64,000 bases of DNA. Origin: a virus. Lineage: Duplodnaviria; Caudoviricetes. A program made the position numbers and the translations under genes. The notes under the pieces were generated by a model. That model did not search any database and had not been told where the DNA came from. It was given only the letters and a program-made list of their open reading frames with translations. Numbering within the stretch: position 1 is the first letter of the stretch; each line of letters begins with the position of its first letter. Positions 1 to 9,255 of this stretch are shown piece after piece. The stretch is from IMG/VR virus record IMGVR_UViG_3300021387_000688. One strand, 5' to 3'.

Positions 1-1
1 T

Positions 2-1183
2 GGAGATAAAAAGCAAGGTAGAAAAACAAATATACCTTTAGAAATGTTTACCCATGGCTATGAATGTTTATTGTGTTTGGATGAATGCCATCAATTGTCA
101 AATCCAAAATCCGAACGTTCAAAATCTTTATTCAAATATTTGAACATGTTTAAGTACAGGTATTTATTTTCTGCCACCCCAGCTGACAAGCCAGAAAAAT
201 TGTACGCGCTTTGTAGAATACTTGATCCTAACTTAGTAGGGTTTATGAAGTACGATGATTGGATTCATAAATACAACGACGTAGGTACATTTTTCTCAAA
301 ATATGCTATTAACAAAAAGAAATGGCATATGGATGAAATTGAGAAGTTAAATAAACGTTTGGAAAAATTCTCTGCCAAACGTGAAGCCAAAGATGTATTG
401 GATTTACCACCTTGTAGAGAAAAAACATTCTATATCGGAATGGGAGAAAAACAACAAGCCCTTTATAAAATTGTAGTTAATGATATTGTTAATGAATGTA
501 TTAGGCGTCACCCAGATATGGCTTCAACTACAGTAGACGTTATTAAAGAAGCATTTTCTACAGTAATGTCATTTACAGAAAACCCTAATGTATTAGGTGC
601 AAGTTCAAGTACTTTTGTTTCAGATGAAGTAAAAGAGAAATGTAAAAAGTATAATTATAATGCAGATTATGAAAAGCTTGATGCAGTAGATGCTATTATT
701 GAAGATGAGATTGAAAGAGACAATAGAGGTATTCTTTGGTACATCCACCCTCTTACAAAAGATGTCTTAAAAGAAAAATATGTCAACTTAAATCCTATCA
801 TAATTTCAGCTGAGATGAATGCAGATGAAAGAGACGAATTGTTGGAAGAATTTATAAGAAATAAAGCCCATAAAATATTAATTGCATCCCAAAATATTTT
901 AGCAACTTCTGTAACAATTACAGAAGCCTCTTATGCAATTTACTTGGAAACATCTTTCTCTTATGAAACTTATTTACAATCAACTGGACGTATTTACCGT
1001 ATTGGACAGAAGAAGGATGTAAGAATTTATCACATTTATTATGAAAATTCTGTAGACGTATTCCACGAGATTGCTTTAGGAAAGAAAGCAGATTTGTCTT
1101 CAATGTTATTTGCTAGTGAAAAGAAACCAGTATTCTCTTTACAAGAAATGAAGCAAATGTTTGAAGGACAATTAACCGCTTAG
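2..1183 (+). CDS. SNF2-family (SF2) helicase, 5' truncated by window edge
   Basis: LDECH (motif II), SATP (III), QSTGRIYRIGQ (VI); frame is open from position 2 and Walker A is absent, so the gene starts upstream. Confidence 0.9.
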   Translation, partial: GDKKQGRKTNIPLEMFTHGYECLLCLDECHQLSNPKSERSKSLFKYLNMFKYRYLFSATPADKPEKLYALCRILDPNLVGFMKYDDWIHKYNDVGTFFSKYAINKKKWHMDEIEKLNKRLEKFSAKREAKDVLDLPPCREKTFYIGMGEKQQALYKIVVNDIVNECIRRHPDMASTTVDVIKEAFSTVMSFTENPNVLGASSSTFVSDEVKEKCKKYNYNADYEKLDAVDAIIEDEIERDNRGILWYIHPLTKDVLKEKYVNLNPIIISAEMNADERDELLEEFIRNKAHKILIASQNILATSVTITEASYAIYLETSFSYETYLQSTGRIYRIGQKKDVRIYHIYYENSVDVFHEIALGKKADLSSMLFASEKKPVFSLQEMKQMFEGQLTA

Positions 1184-3348
1184 TCATTTGTATAGCCGTA
1201 GAGATTATCCATAACTTGTTTACCCCAGCTAGATTCATCATAACTCCATGGCATTTTTGTATTAGATGCTTCTCCAAATTCTTTTAAAGAATCACTAGGA
1301 GAAGCATTTCTGTATTTCATTTCCATTTTAGTCCAACTAAAACCTACTTTGATTTTTAACAAACTTGCAGAGTCTGAAGAGGCCTTAAAACTAAAACGAG
1401 GGGTTGCTTTATATATTCTAAAGTTTTCAAATACGAAATAAGGGGTTTTCATATAAGAATAAAAATCAGGCTTTCCCAAGAATCTACCCACCGTAAAATC
1501 TTTACCGAAAGGTTCATTATGTTCTCTTTGAATATAAGATCCTGGAATAATCTCCAACACTGCATAAGTTTCTAATTCTCCTAAATCTCTTTCCATATCC
1601 TCTGTAGGCTCGAGTTGCCATGCCGTGCCTTTAGTATTTCTTTTATGCGCTTTTGCAACTTCTAACATTTTATCATGTATATTACTGATATTAAAAATTT
1701 CGTTTTGAATGAATTTACCAACTTCACATTCTTTCTCTACCCCTGCTTCATTTCCACTTATAAAATTACAACTCCTGCCTTCATCTACACCTATTCCTAA
1801 GTAATCAAATAAATAACTTAAAGAATTTAATTTCTTATCGCATAAAATTGTACCATCTGCATAATTCTTAACAGTTACGTTATCTTTAGGTTGTAATTGT
1901 AAAAGGTTAAAACCATATCTAGTGCTTTCAGATTTTTTAGAAAAATCTGGTAAAGTTATATCTTGCAATCTAAAGTTATATACTTTATATGAAGTAATCT
2001 TGCCTTCATTTACTGCAGATTTTTTATAAGTCCATAATAAAAACTGAGAGGAAGAAAGTAAAGGATCGTCATTTAACAACTTGAAGAAAGCTTCAGATTC
2101 ATCTTTAAGACCTAATTGCTTATTAAACAAAACCCTTAAAGTAGAATTGATTTTTTCCATATCTGGTAAATCCGGATAAGCATAAGTATTTATTTTAAAT
2201 GATCTTTGTCCTTTATCCGGGCCGGCTGGGATATATGCACTAACATCTCTTGAATTTATAAGAGGATTATTTCCTTTTCCAATTCTTTCAGGGGTCCATA
2301 AATGACCCTTTTTATAAAGTTCGATCTTTCCACCATCTGTACATAAAGAAGCCATTACAGAAGAAGGCTCTTTATTTTTATCTAAAGGGTTAATTTTCCA
2401 GCCTCTAGGAATTCCATTTCCTCCTTTTCCTAAAAGACTGTTTATAGTATTACTTAAATAATCATTTGCTAAATCTACTAAACCCCCGGTAAAATCATTA
2501 AGAGCTTTAACCCAGAAATTATCTTCACCATCTTTACCTGTCCAAAAGTTTTCTACAAACCAATTCCCAAATTTCTCCCATTCATTGCCTAAAGATTTTT
2601 GCTGTTCCCACAACTCTCTATATTTTTCTTTAGCTTTATTTTCATATTCTTTTTTAAATTTTTCCCAAGCTTCGTTATACTCTTCAGAACCTTCTACATA
2701 ATCGTATTTAGATTTGAATATTTTCTTTAATTTAGATTCATTGTTTTTTATCCAGTTGTCTACATAATCTGATTCAGAAGTCAATAGTAAATTATAATTA
2801 ACGGATTGTTCTATCTTCGGAAGAGGAGTAAGCATATCAGAAGCATCTAAACCTCCAAATTGTTTAGTACCTCCCTTTCCATTAATATTTAAGAAATTGT
2901 AAAAATAATCATATACAAGGTCCCCGCCTGTTACTTTTTCAGCTGCTATTGGTTTTCCAGTCCAAGGATCTTTTATGTTAGACTCTTTCCAAGTATCTTC
3001 TAACCCTTTACTATTTTCCCCTAAGGCTATCATATTGAAAGGTACTATGGTTGTGGATTTACCTAAATCTAAGTTTCCCAATTCCTCAATGCCGAAATTA
3101 TTAGCAAATGCACTGTTTCCGTCTTTAGCAATAATAGGTTGGGTATTTTGGGGCATGTAATCATCTATTTGATCAAAATCAGAAGCCTCTAGAGGTGCGT
3201 AATTGATTATACCGTCAAACTCAGGAGCAACGGGAAGTACATAATTACCTACATCGTCAAGATCAGGAGATTGTGCAATTGGTAGGTAATTACCTAGAGA
3301 CTCTAAATCAGGTGCACTCAATTGAAATAATTTTATTTCTTCTTCCAT
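1180..3348 (-). CDS. Hypothetical 722 aa protein, possibly virion/baseplate (tube-like C-terminal region)
   Basis: Long ORF; four 14-15 aa N-terminal repeats; beta-rich C-terminus loosely like tail-tube fold; downstream of a late-type promoter. Confidence 0.4.
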   Translation of the reverse strand: MEEEIKLFQLSAPDLESLGNYLPIAQSPDLDDVGNYVLPVAPEFDGIINYAPLEASDFDQIDDYMPQNTQPIIAKDGNSAFANNFGIEELGNLDLGKSTTIVPFNMIALGENSKGLEDTWKESNIKDPWTGKPIAAEKVTGGDLVYDYFYNFLNINGKGGTKQFGGLDASDMLTPLPKIEQSVNYNLLLTSESDYVDNWIKNNESKLKKIFKSKYDYVEGSEEYNEAWEKFKKEYENKAKEKYRELWEQQKSLGNEWEKFGNWFVENFWTGKDGEDNFWVKALNDFTGGLVDLANDYLSNTINSLLGKGGNGIPRGWKINPLDKNKEPSSVMASLCTDGGKIELYKKGHLWTPERIGKGNNPLINSRDVSAYIPAGPDKGQRSFKINTYAYPDLPDMEKINSTLRVLFNKQLGLKDESEAFFKLLNDDPLLSSSQFLLWTYKKSAVNEGKITSYKVYNFRLQDITLPDFSKKSESTRYGFNLLQLQPKDNVTVKNYADGTILCDKKLNSLSYLFDYLGIGVDEGRSCNFISGNEAGVEKECEVGKFIQNEIFNISNIHDKMLEVAKAHKRNTKGTAWQLEPTEDMERDLGELETYAVLEIIPGSYIQREHNEPFGKDFTVGRFLGKPDFYSYMKTPYFVFENFRIYKATPRFSFKASSDSASLLKIKVGFSWTKMEMKYRNASPSDSLKEFGEASNTKMPWSYDESSWGKQVMDNLYGYTND

Positions 3349-3590
3349 TAACTTACCTTCCTAACATCTTTGTAATAAGCAACTACCATAACCCCGTTTA
3401 CTTTTTTAAGTAAAAACCCAACGGGGGTAAAAGAAGATTCTATAGTTAAAACATCTGTAGAATTGACATTACAGGGACATCTTATATAAGACATTCCTGC
3501 TCTTTTTGCTTTTTCATATAAATTAAGAGATGCGGTTGTAGCCTTTATTAAAACTACTTTATCTCCTATAGAAAATCTTGGACTACTCAT
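3348..3590 (-). CDS. Small hypothetical protein (SH3-like, FSIGDKVV)
   Basis: ATG at 3590 follows ACTAATT motif (3598-3604) by 7 nt; stop overlaps next start. Confidence 0.6.
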   Translation of the reverse strand: MSSPRFSIGDKVVLIKATTASLNLYEKAKRAGMSYIRCPCNVNSTDVLTIESSFTPVGFLLKKVNGVMVVAYYKDVRKVS

Positions 3591-3668
3591 ACATTTCAAT
3601 TAGTTGAAATACCTATATGGGAAACAAAACACTAAATAATCTAATAAAGATATAAGGAGAAATTTCCC

Positions 3669-5738
3669 ATGAGATTACCTGCAAAGGCAAAAATAGAAGA
3701 AGCCAGAATGAATAAACATATGACCCATTTTGAGTCATTAGTAATGTTAGGACCAGATGGTTTAGCTGAATTAAATAATAAGATAGAGTCCTTCGAAGCT
3801 CAATTGTATGGAGAGGATAGAGGCTTAAATAATACTACCAAAATAGATGGTAGCCCAGCAGTATTTGTTTGGAGTAAGTTTCCAGGTTATCCAGACAATT
3901 CTATCTGTTTGAAATCTTTCATTGATAATGCTAACAATTGCATGACTTCTTTGGATGAGATTTTTGAAAAATACCATGATCGCCCAGATATGTGCAAGAA
4001 GTTGGAAAACGCATTGATGTTGGCAAAGTATATCCCTGAAGGGGAATGCTGGCAAGGAGATTGTTTATTTACTCACGATACTTTGAAAGAGCAAACCATC
4101 GATGGAATTGAATATGTAACCTTCCAGCCTAATAAAATTGTATACGCCATTCCTCAAACTTCTCCTTCTTATGAAACTATAAAAGATGCAGAGTTTGGTA
4201 TTGCATTCCATACAATTTATAAAGACGATGGCAATGGTGGAAAGAAGCAATCATTTAGAGTAGACTTGGAAAGAATACAAGCCCCTAAATGTTTCTACTT
4301 AATGTCGGTTGCATTAAATCTTGATAATAGTAAAGATCCATTCCACATGAATGAGGTTCATAATTTATATACTCGTTTGCAAAGCGTAGAAGCTAAGTTG
4401 AATGCAAATCCAGCCTATGCAGATTTAACAGATAACCAAGCATTTATGGGCTTCTGGAATACTTTTGAAAATAAGAAAATTGCAGATGAAAGAAATGTAA
4501 CATTAAACGAAGATACTGTAATTGAAGAATTGTGGGATTATATTGAAGCTAAACAAACTGCAGAGTTTACAAATAAATTGCAAAACCTCAAAACTGTTAA
4601 AGGTAAGTTAGGAGCAATTGATAAGTGGGTAGACGCTGTAGCAGAAATGAAAGCTTTACTTACAAATAATAACCAGTTGATTGTTTATATGGTACAGGCT
4701 TTCAACTTGGCAGCTCAGATTAAAATGCACTACTGGGAAGGTTTCAAATCTGCTTATAAATCAGATTACGACCAGTATTACTTGTCTAGAACGAAAGGAT
4801 ATATTCCAGCAGATATGGAAGGTATTGCAATGTCAGATTCTGAAGGCAACGTTGTAAAGGTTGTAGATAGAACTACATTCTCTTCTTATAACAGAGACCC
4901 AGATATTATGGCAGGTTGGGAACATCCAGAAGATAAATTAAAAGAGGATATGTCTTCTGAAGATGCTGCAAATGCTGCAGGTGAATATTATAAAAGAACA
5001 AGGGGGTTACCTTACGACAGTACACCATTTTGGGTAAAACAAGGTAGACGTACAGGTAGTTTATATGACTACGATCCTGAAAAAGAAAAAGAAGAAATTG
5101 CCAAAATGAATGTTTGGCTTAAGACACAGAATAAGGCAGATAGAAAAGCGAAGTTTCAAAAGATAAAAGATACAATCTTTGGAGATCCTTCAGATACTTT
5201 AGGTTGCGGTTACGACGATTTAACAGAAAGTAAATTAAAGGAAAGTTATTATTCATCAAGTTGGAGTGTAGAGGATACAGAAACCGCCCTTGAAATGATA
5301 AGAGAGTTTGCTGAAAAACACCATACTGTAATTAAAACAAGCCGTACAAAAAATAACGAAGCAATTGTATTCATTGATGGCTCTGACTTCCATTGTACAA
5401 TTGTTTTAGGTGATTGTGTTAACTTGCAAGAAAATATAAATTATTCATATCATATTTTTATAAGCGGTGCAAAACTTTCAAGTAGAAACGATTGGTGGGG
5501 CTTCACAATTAAAGAGTTTGAAGAAGACTTTGAAGCATTTGATTCTGTATATCATTTCGCTGAAACAGGTTTAAGAGAAAATGTACCTACCGGTTGGATT
5601 GCACGTAGAGTTATGCACGGAGGAACTAAAACAGGTGGAAGAGATGAATTGGTAAAATGCGATGTATGTGGAGAAAAAACAGATCATCCTCATTTTGTCA
5701 ATGGACGCTTCTACTGCGATGCATGTTGGGAACAATAA
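3669..5738 (+). CDS. KxDG covalent-nucleotidyltransferase/ligase-fold protein (DUF6267-like) with C-terminal add-on modules and Zn ribbon
   Basis: TTKIDGSPA, QGD, FQPN, EGIA, VKVVDR..FS motifs; CDVC..CDAC at C-terminus; SD AAGGAG and ACTAAATA upstream; family name from memory. Confidence 0.65.
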   Translation: MRLPAKAKIEEARMNKHMTHFESLVMLGPDGLAELNNKIESFEAQLYGEDRGLNNTTKIDGSPAVFVWSKFPGYPDNSICLKSFIDNANNCMTSLDEIFEKYHDRPDMCKKLENALMLAKYIPEGECWQGDCLFTHDTLKEQTIDGIEYVTFQPNKIVYAIPQTSPSYETIKDAEFGIAFHTIYKDDGNGGKKQSFRVDLERIQAPKCFYLMSVALNLDNSKDPFHMNEVHNLYTRLQSVEAKLNANPAYADLTDNQAFMGFWNTFENKKIADERNVTLNEDTVIEELWDYIEAKQTAEFTNKLQNLKTVKGKLGAIDKWVDAVAEMKALLTNNNQLIVYMVQAFNLAAQIKMHYWEGFKSAYKSDYDQYYLSRTKGYIPADMEGIAMSDSEGNVVKVVDRTTFSSYNRDPDIMAGWEHPEDKLKEDMSSEDAANAAGEYYKRTRGLPYDSTPFWVKQGRRTGSLYDYDPEKEKEEIAKMNVWLKTQNKADRKAKFQKIKDTIFGDPSDTLGCGYDDLTESKLKESYYSSSWSVEDTETALEMIREFAEKHHTVIKTSRTKNNEAIVFIDGSDFHCTIVLGDCVNLQENINYSYHIFISGAKLSSRNDWWGFTIKEFEEDFEAFDSVYHFAETGLRENVPTGWIARRVMHGGTKTGGRDELVKCDVCGEKTDHPHFVNGRFYCDACWEQ

Positions 5739-5766
5739 TAGTTCTATAATATAAAAGAGGATTATC

Positions 5767-8058
5767 ATGTTAATAAACGAAGAAGCTTTATGGAAAAAAT
5801 TCAATACACGCCTTAAGGAAGGTGTAGATATTGATTTAAGAAATGATATAAGAAATATCTTAAAGGGCTATGTTAGAGACCAGGGTTTAGATCCTGAATA
5901 CTTAAAACAGTATAGTCGTAGCCCTTCTGAAATATTTAGAATTGGTTCTCAACAAGTTTATGAAGTAACTGAAGCTTATATAACTTCTCCGGAATTTGCA
6001 GAAGCTATAAAAGCAAACCACCCAACTGCAATTGTAAACATTACTAAAAATGAAGCAGGGGATTTAGATAAAAAACCTAGAGGTTCAGGTACTGCGTCTG
6101 GAGAATATAGTTCTATTGAAATTGTAATTGATGATAACGGGCTCCTAAACCATTTGTACTTAACAGATATGTCTACAGGTAAAAGAAGAAAAGTTTTCAT
6201 TCCTAATAAACTTATTAAAGACTTTAGTTTGAAATACGATACTGAAGATTTGATTAATACTGTAGCCACTGAAGCTAGTAAATTAAAAGGTTTTGAAGAT
6301 TATGCAGAATTCTTAGTAGAGTTGTTGAAGAGTGCTACTACCTGTAAAGCAGATTCTCCGGCATTGGGAGCAATGTTTAGTTTCTTTGCAGGTAGAATAT
6401 CTACAGTAAAGGCAGATCCAAACAGCAACTCAGCTTACATAACATTTACAAAGAATTCTAGAATGTTTGAATTGATTCAAGAGTTTGCAAATGATTCAAC
6501 CTTTACTCAAATTAAACCTTCTATTAATGTAGACTTTGCAGAAGTATTTGGTGCAATTGCCTTGTTAAGTGCAGTTAGAAGTGACCCTGAAATTGCAGAT
6601 TACTATGCAAATTATAAAATTAAATATCCAGAAGCTTCAAATGAACCTTTAGTAGATTATTATTTGACACCTGGAGGAGTAGAAGAAGGAGTACAGATTT
6701 CTGCAAAAACTGGTGCAGGTGGAAAACCTACAAACGGCTCTATTATTCAAACAGCCTACGGAATGATATCTAAAAGTAAAAACCCTCAATATCAACCATT
6801 TGTTAAATTCTTACAGGAATGGTTGGCAAGAAGTGAAGGTACTGTACACGAAAGCTTTGAACATTTAGCTTCTTGGTTTGAAGAAATGGTTAGAGGTGTT
6901 AGTGAAAATTACCTAATGGAAATGTCCATGTTGGGTAGCGATACTTCAATTGATCCAGCCGATTTGATAGTTAATGTAACGCCAGAAGATTTAGATTCAA
7001 TTAATAATGCAAATACTACTCAAGAAGTTGTAGATGCTTATACTGCTATTTCTAGTAGAACTACTCCTAACAAAGGTGCAAGGTTAAAGGACGCTACAGA
7101 AGAACAAAACGCAGATCCTCTTTATAGAGATGCAATGAAGATTAAAGCAAAAGTATCTTTGTTTATAAATATCTTAAATAATTCTTTTGTAATAGATTTG
7201 ATTAATATGTACTTTAACTTAGGTATGGGGCATATGGTTCAGATTTATTTCTTAGGGGACGTCGCAGATGATTCTCCTACTTGTACGTTTAGAATTCAGT
7301 CTAATGCAACTAAGTTTGCTTATAAATTCTCTTTTGATTGCAACATCGATAATAGACAGAAAAAGTTTACTACAAAGAAATTAGCAATGTCTTTGATGCA
7401 TGAAGGGGAAATTAAGGAGAGGAAAAGAATGATTGAAAAATATCTTAAAGAAGAAGTAACTCCGCCAGAAGATACAATTGTTGTAGCATTTGGAAGATTA
7501 AATCCTCCTACATTAGGTCATCTTAAAATGGTAAATAAGATGGCTACTATAGCAACTCAACGTAGTGCTCATAAGGCTAGAATTTATTTAAGTCATTCCC
7601 ATGATGCAGAAAAGAACCCTCTTCCATATGAATCTAAATTGCAATGGGTAGATAAAGCTTTTGGAGACTTTATTGATGTAGCAGATTCAGATGCAAAGAA
7701 TATGTTCTATATGATGCACGAACTTTATGAAGAAGGTTTCAAACATGTAATCTATGTTTGCGGAGAAGATAGATTTGAAGAGACTTCTAAATATCTTGCA
7801 GGTGCAAATGGTCAAGAACTTACAAAGAGTGGAAAGCCAGTAGCTGCAAATCTTTATTACAAGTTTGATACATTAACTTTTGAAGACGCAGGTCATAGAG
7901 ATGAAAACTCAAATGATTTAGCTGAAAAAGCATCTGCCTCTTTAGCAAGAAGTTATGTTAAAGATGATAGGTTTGATTTATTTGAAGAGATTGTTCCGTT
8001 ATCTGAAAAAGATGCAGAAGATTTATTTATTGAATTAAAAACAGAAATGACAGTATAA
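5767..8058 (+). CDS. Fusion of PD-(D/E)xK nuclease-like domain and cytidylyltransferase-like (HxGH superfamily) domain
   Basis: NEPLVDY...QISAK; C-terminal FGRLNPPTLGH, KNPLPY, GEDR, SASLAR typical of T4-like phage cytidylyltransferase homologues. Confidence 0.75.
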   Translation: MLINEEALWKKFNTRLKEGVDIDLRNDIRNILKGYVRDQGLDPEYLKQYSRSPSEIFRIGSQQVYEVTEAYITSPEFAEAIKANHPTAIVNITKNEAGDLDKKPRGSGTASGEYSSIEIVIDDNGLLNHLYLTDMSTGKRRKVFIPNKLIKDFSLKYDTEDLINTVATEASKLKGFEDYAEFLVELLKSATTCKADSPALGAMFSFFAGRISTVKADPNSNSAYITFTKNSRMFELIQEFANDSTFTQIKPSINVDFAEVFGAIALLSAVRSDPEIADYYANYKIKYPEASNEPLVDYYLTPGGVEEGVQISAKTGAGGKPTNGSIIQTAYGMISKSKNPQYQPFVKFLQEWLARSEGTVHESFEHLASWFEEMVRGVSENYLMEMSMLGSDTSIDPADLIVNVTPEDLDSINNANTTQEVVDAYTAISSRTTPNKGARLKDATEEQNADPLYRDAMKIKAKVSLFINILNNSFVIDLINMYFNLGMGHMVQIYFLGDVADDSPTCTFRIQSNATKFAYKFSFDCNIDNRQKKFTTKKLAMSLMHEGEIKERKRMIEKYLKEEVTPPEDTIVVAFGRLNPPTLGHLKMVNKMATIATQRSAHKARIYLSHSHDAEKNPLPYESKLQWVDKAFGDFIDVADSDAKNMFYMMHELYEEGFKHVIYVCGEDRFEETSKYLAGANGQELTKSGKPVAANLYYKFDTLTFEDAGHRDENSNDLAEKASASLARSYVKDDRFDLFEEIVPLSEKDAEDLFIELKTEMTV

Positions 8059-8063
8059 AAAAG

Positions 8064-8089
8064 AAAAGGGCTACATAAGTAGCCCTTTT
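8064..8089. terminator. Bidirectional intrinsic terminator
   Basis: AAAAGGGCTAC-ATAA-GTAGCCCTTTT between convergent genes. Confidence 0.85.
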
Positions 8090-8114
8090 AATCTATATAA
8101 ACTTAAGCCCCTGC

Positions 8115-8369
8115 TTAAGACTTCTTTTCTCCTCTAATCCATTCTACATTTGGTAAAACAATTCTAAAAAGAAAATCTTTTAATTTTTCATCATTGAGAT
8201 TTGCTTGTTCTAATTCCATTTCTTTTACATCGGGGTTTGGATATAAAATCCAATTACTAGGAAGATCTTTTATATTATTGAGATAGATGTTTTTATCTTT
8301 AGGATTATAAGCGTATACTTCTACTTCTTTGTTTAAGATTAGATTTCTGATTTTAACTAAATCTGACAT
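8115..8369 (-). CDS. Hypothetical protein (leaderless)
   Basis: 84 aa ORF; TATAAT 6 nt before ATG. Confidence 0.65.
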   Translation of the reverse strand: MSDLVKIRNLILNKEVEVYAYNPKDKNIYLNNIKDLPSNWILYPNPDVKEMELEQANLNDEKLKDFLFRIVLPNVEWIRGEKKS

Positions 8370-8414
8370 AATTAAATTATAGTGCCAAAATCCAAATCAT
8401 ACACTATTTGATTT

Positions 8415-9074
8415 ATGACAAGAGATGAAAAGAAAAAATTACAAGAACAATTAGATAAAGATTTTCTAGAAAAGAAAGAATTGTATACCGAACAATGTTT
8501 TGATAAAACTAATCCAGCCTATTCTAAAATGGAAACTATTCTGCAAAATGCTTCAACAAGGCCTTTAGTAAAAGAAGTAGGTTATGAATTGCATCATAGA
8601 ATACCAAGATCCTTTTTTAAGAAAATAAATATTGCAGTTGTAGATAATAACAATCTTTATAAATTAACTTATAGGGAACATTTTTTAGTTCATTATTACG
8701 CATACGTTTGCGCAACTTCTTTTATGAAACCTGCAATGAGTTTAGCGCTTTTGGAAATGAAAAAGATGTGTACAAAAGTAGATGGTTGTTTGGAAGAAGA
8801 TGCAATTTTTATGTCCAATCTTTTCAATAATATTAAATGGGAAATATTTGGAAACAAAAGTAAAGAACATAAAAAATATACTTTGAAATATTTTGAAAAA
8901 CAACTTAAAGACACTTCTATTAGATTTGTAGCATTATATAGAGGAATGACTAATCAAGATTTTGTAATTAAAGGTATTTGTGAAAAGTGCGGCCAGAATA
9001 TTTTACGAGAAGTTAAAATCAATGATTTGGAAAATGTTTTGAAAGAATTAAAGAATCATAAATGTGAAAAGTAA
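8415..9074 (+). CDS. Free-standing HNH endonuclease (homing-type)
   Basis: ELHHRIPRS...NNLYKLTYREHFLVH; C-terminal CEKC...HKC. Confidence 0.8.
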   Translation: MTRDEKKKLQEQLDKDFLEKKELYTEQCFDKTNPAYSKMETILQNASTRPLVKEVGYELHHRIPRSFFKKINIAVVDNNNLYKLTYREHFLVHYYAYVCATSFMKPAMSLALLEMKKMCTKVDGCLEEDAIFMSNLFNNIKWEIFGNKSKEHKKYTLKYFEKQLKDTSIRFVALYRGMTNQDFVIKGICEKCGQNILREVKINDLENVLKELKNHKCEK

Positions 9075-9155
9075 AACCCCGTTTATCGTCCGTAAAGACT
9101 ATCCCGTTACTACTTCAAGTTGCAGGCAAACCAGTTGGTCAAATCTGCCGGGGTT
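9075..9155 (-). ncRNA. Candidate structured RNA domain downstream of the tRNA-like gene
   Basis: 7-bp closing stem AACCCCG/CGGGGTT enclosing three short hairpins that pair better on the minus strand (G-U pairs). Confidence 0.35.
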
Positions 9156-9174
9156 AAGTACAGTTTGACTTTAG

Positions 9175-9249
9175 GTACGGTGGATGGATTCGAACCATCA
9201 AACTTCCTCTGGGAGGCTGAGGCGCTTCACCAATTAAGCTACGCCGTAC
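9175..9249 (-). tRNA. tRNA-like RNA with non-canonical anticodon arm (identity undetermined)
   Basis: Acceptor (G)TACGGCG/CACCGTA(C), U8A9, D arm GCTT-AATTGGTG-AAGC, T arm GATGG-TTCGAAT-CCATC; anticodon arm CCTC-AGCCTCCCA-GAGG; no encoded CCA. Confidence 0.75.
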
Positions 9250-9255
9250 ACTATT

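Noticed and set aside
9123-9157. c-di-GMP-I riboswitch-like words GGCAAACC and GGGGTTA on the plus strand
   Set aside because: Too short, lacks the GAAA tetraloop and CGCAAAG junction, and no downstream gene on that strand
9075-9174. tRNA-associated HDV-like (theta) ribozyme
   Set aside because: A P1-like pairing exists but I could not build P3/L3, P1.1 or a catalytic J4/2; kept only as an unclassified structure
9175-9249. Assigning Glu(CTC), Gly(CCC) or His identity
   Set aside because: Central triplet CTC lacks U33/R37, CU-CCC-A is out of register with the stem, and the His-like G(-1):C73 has no GTG anticodon
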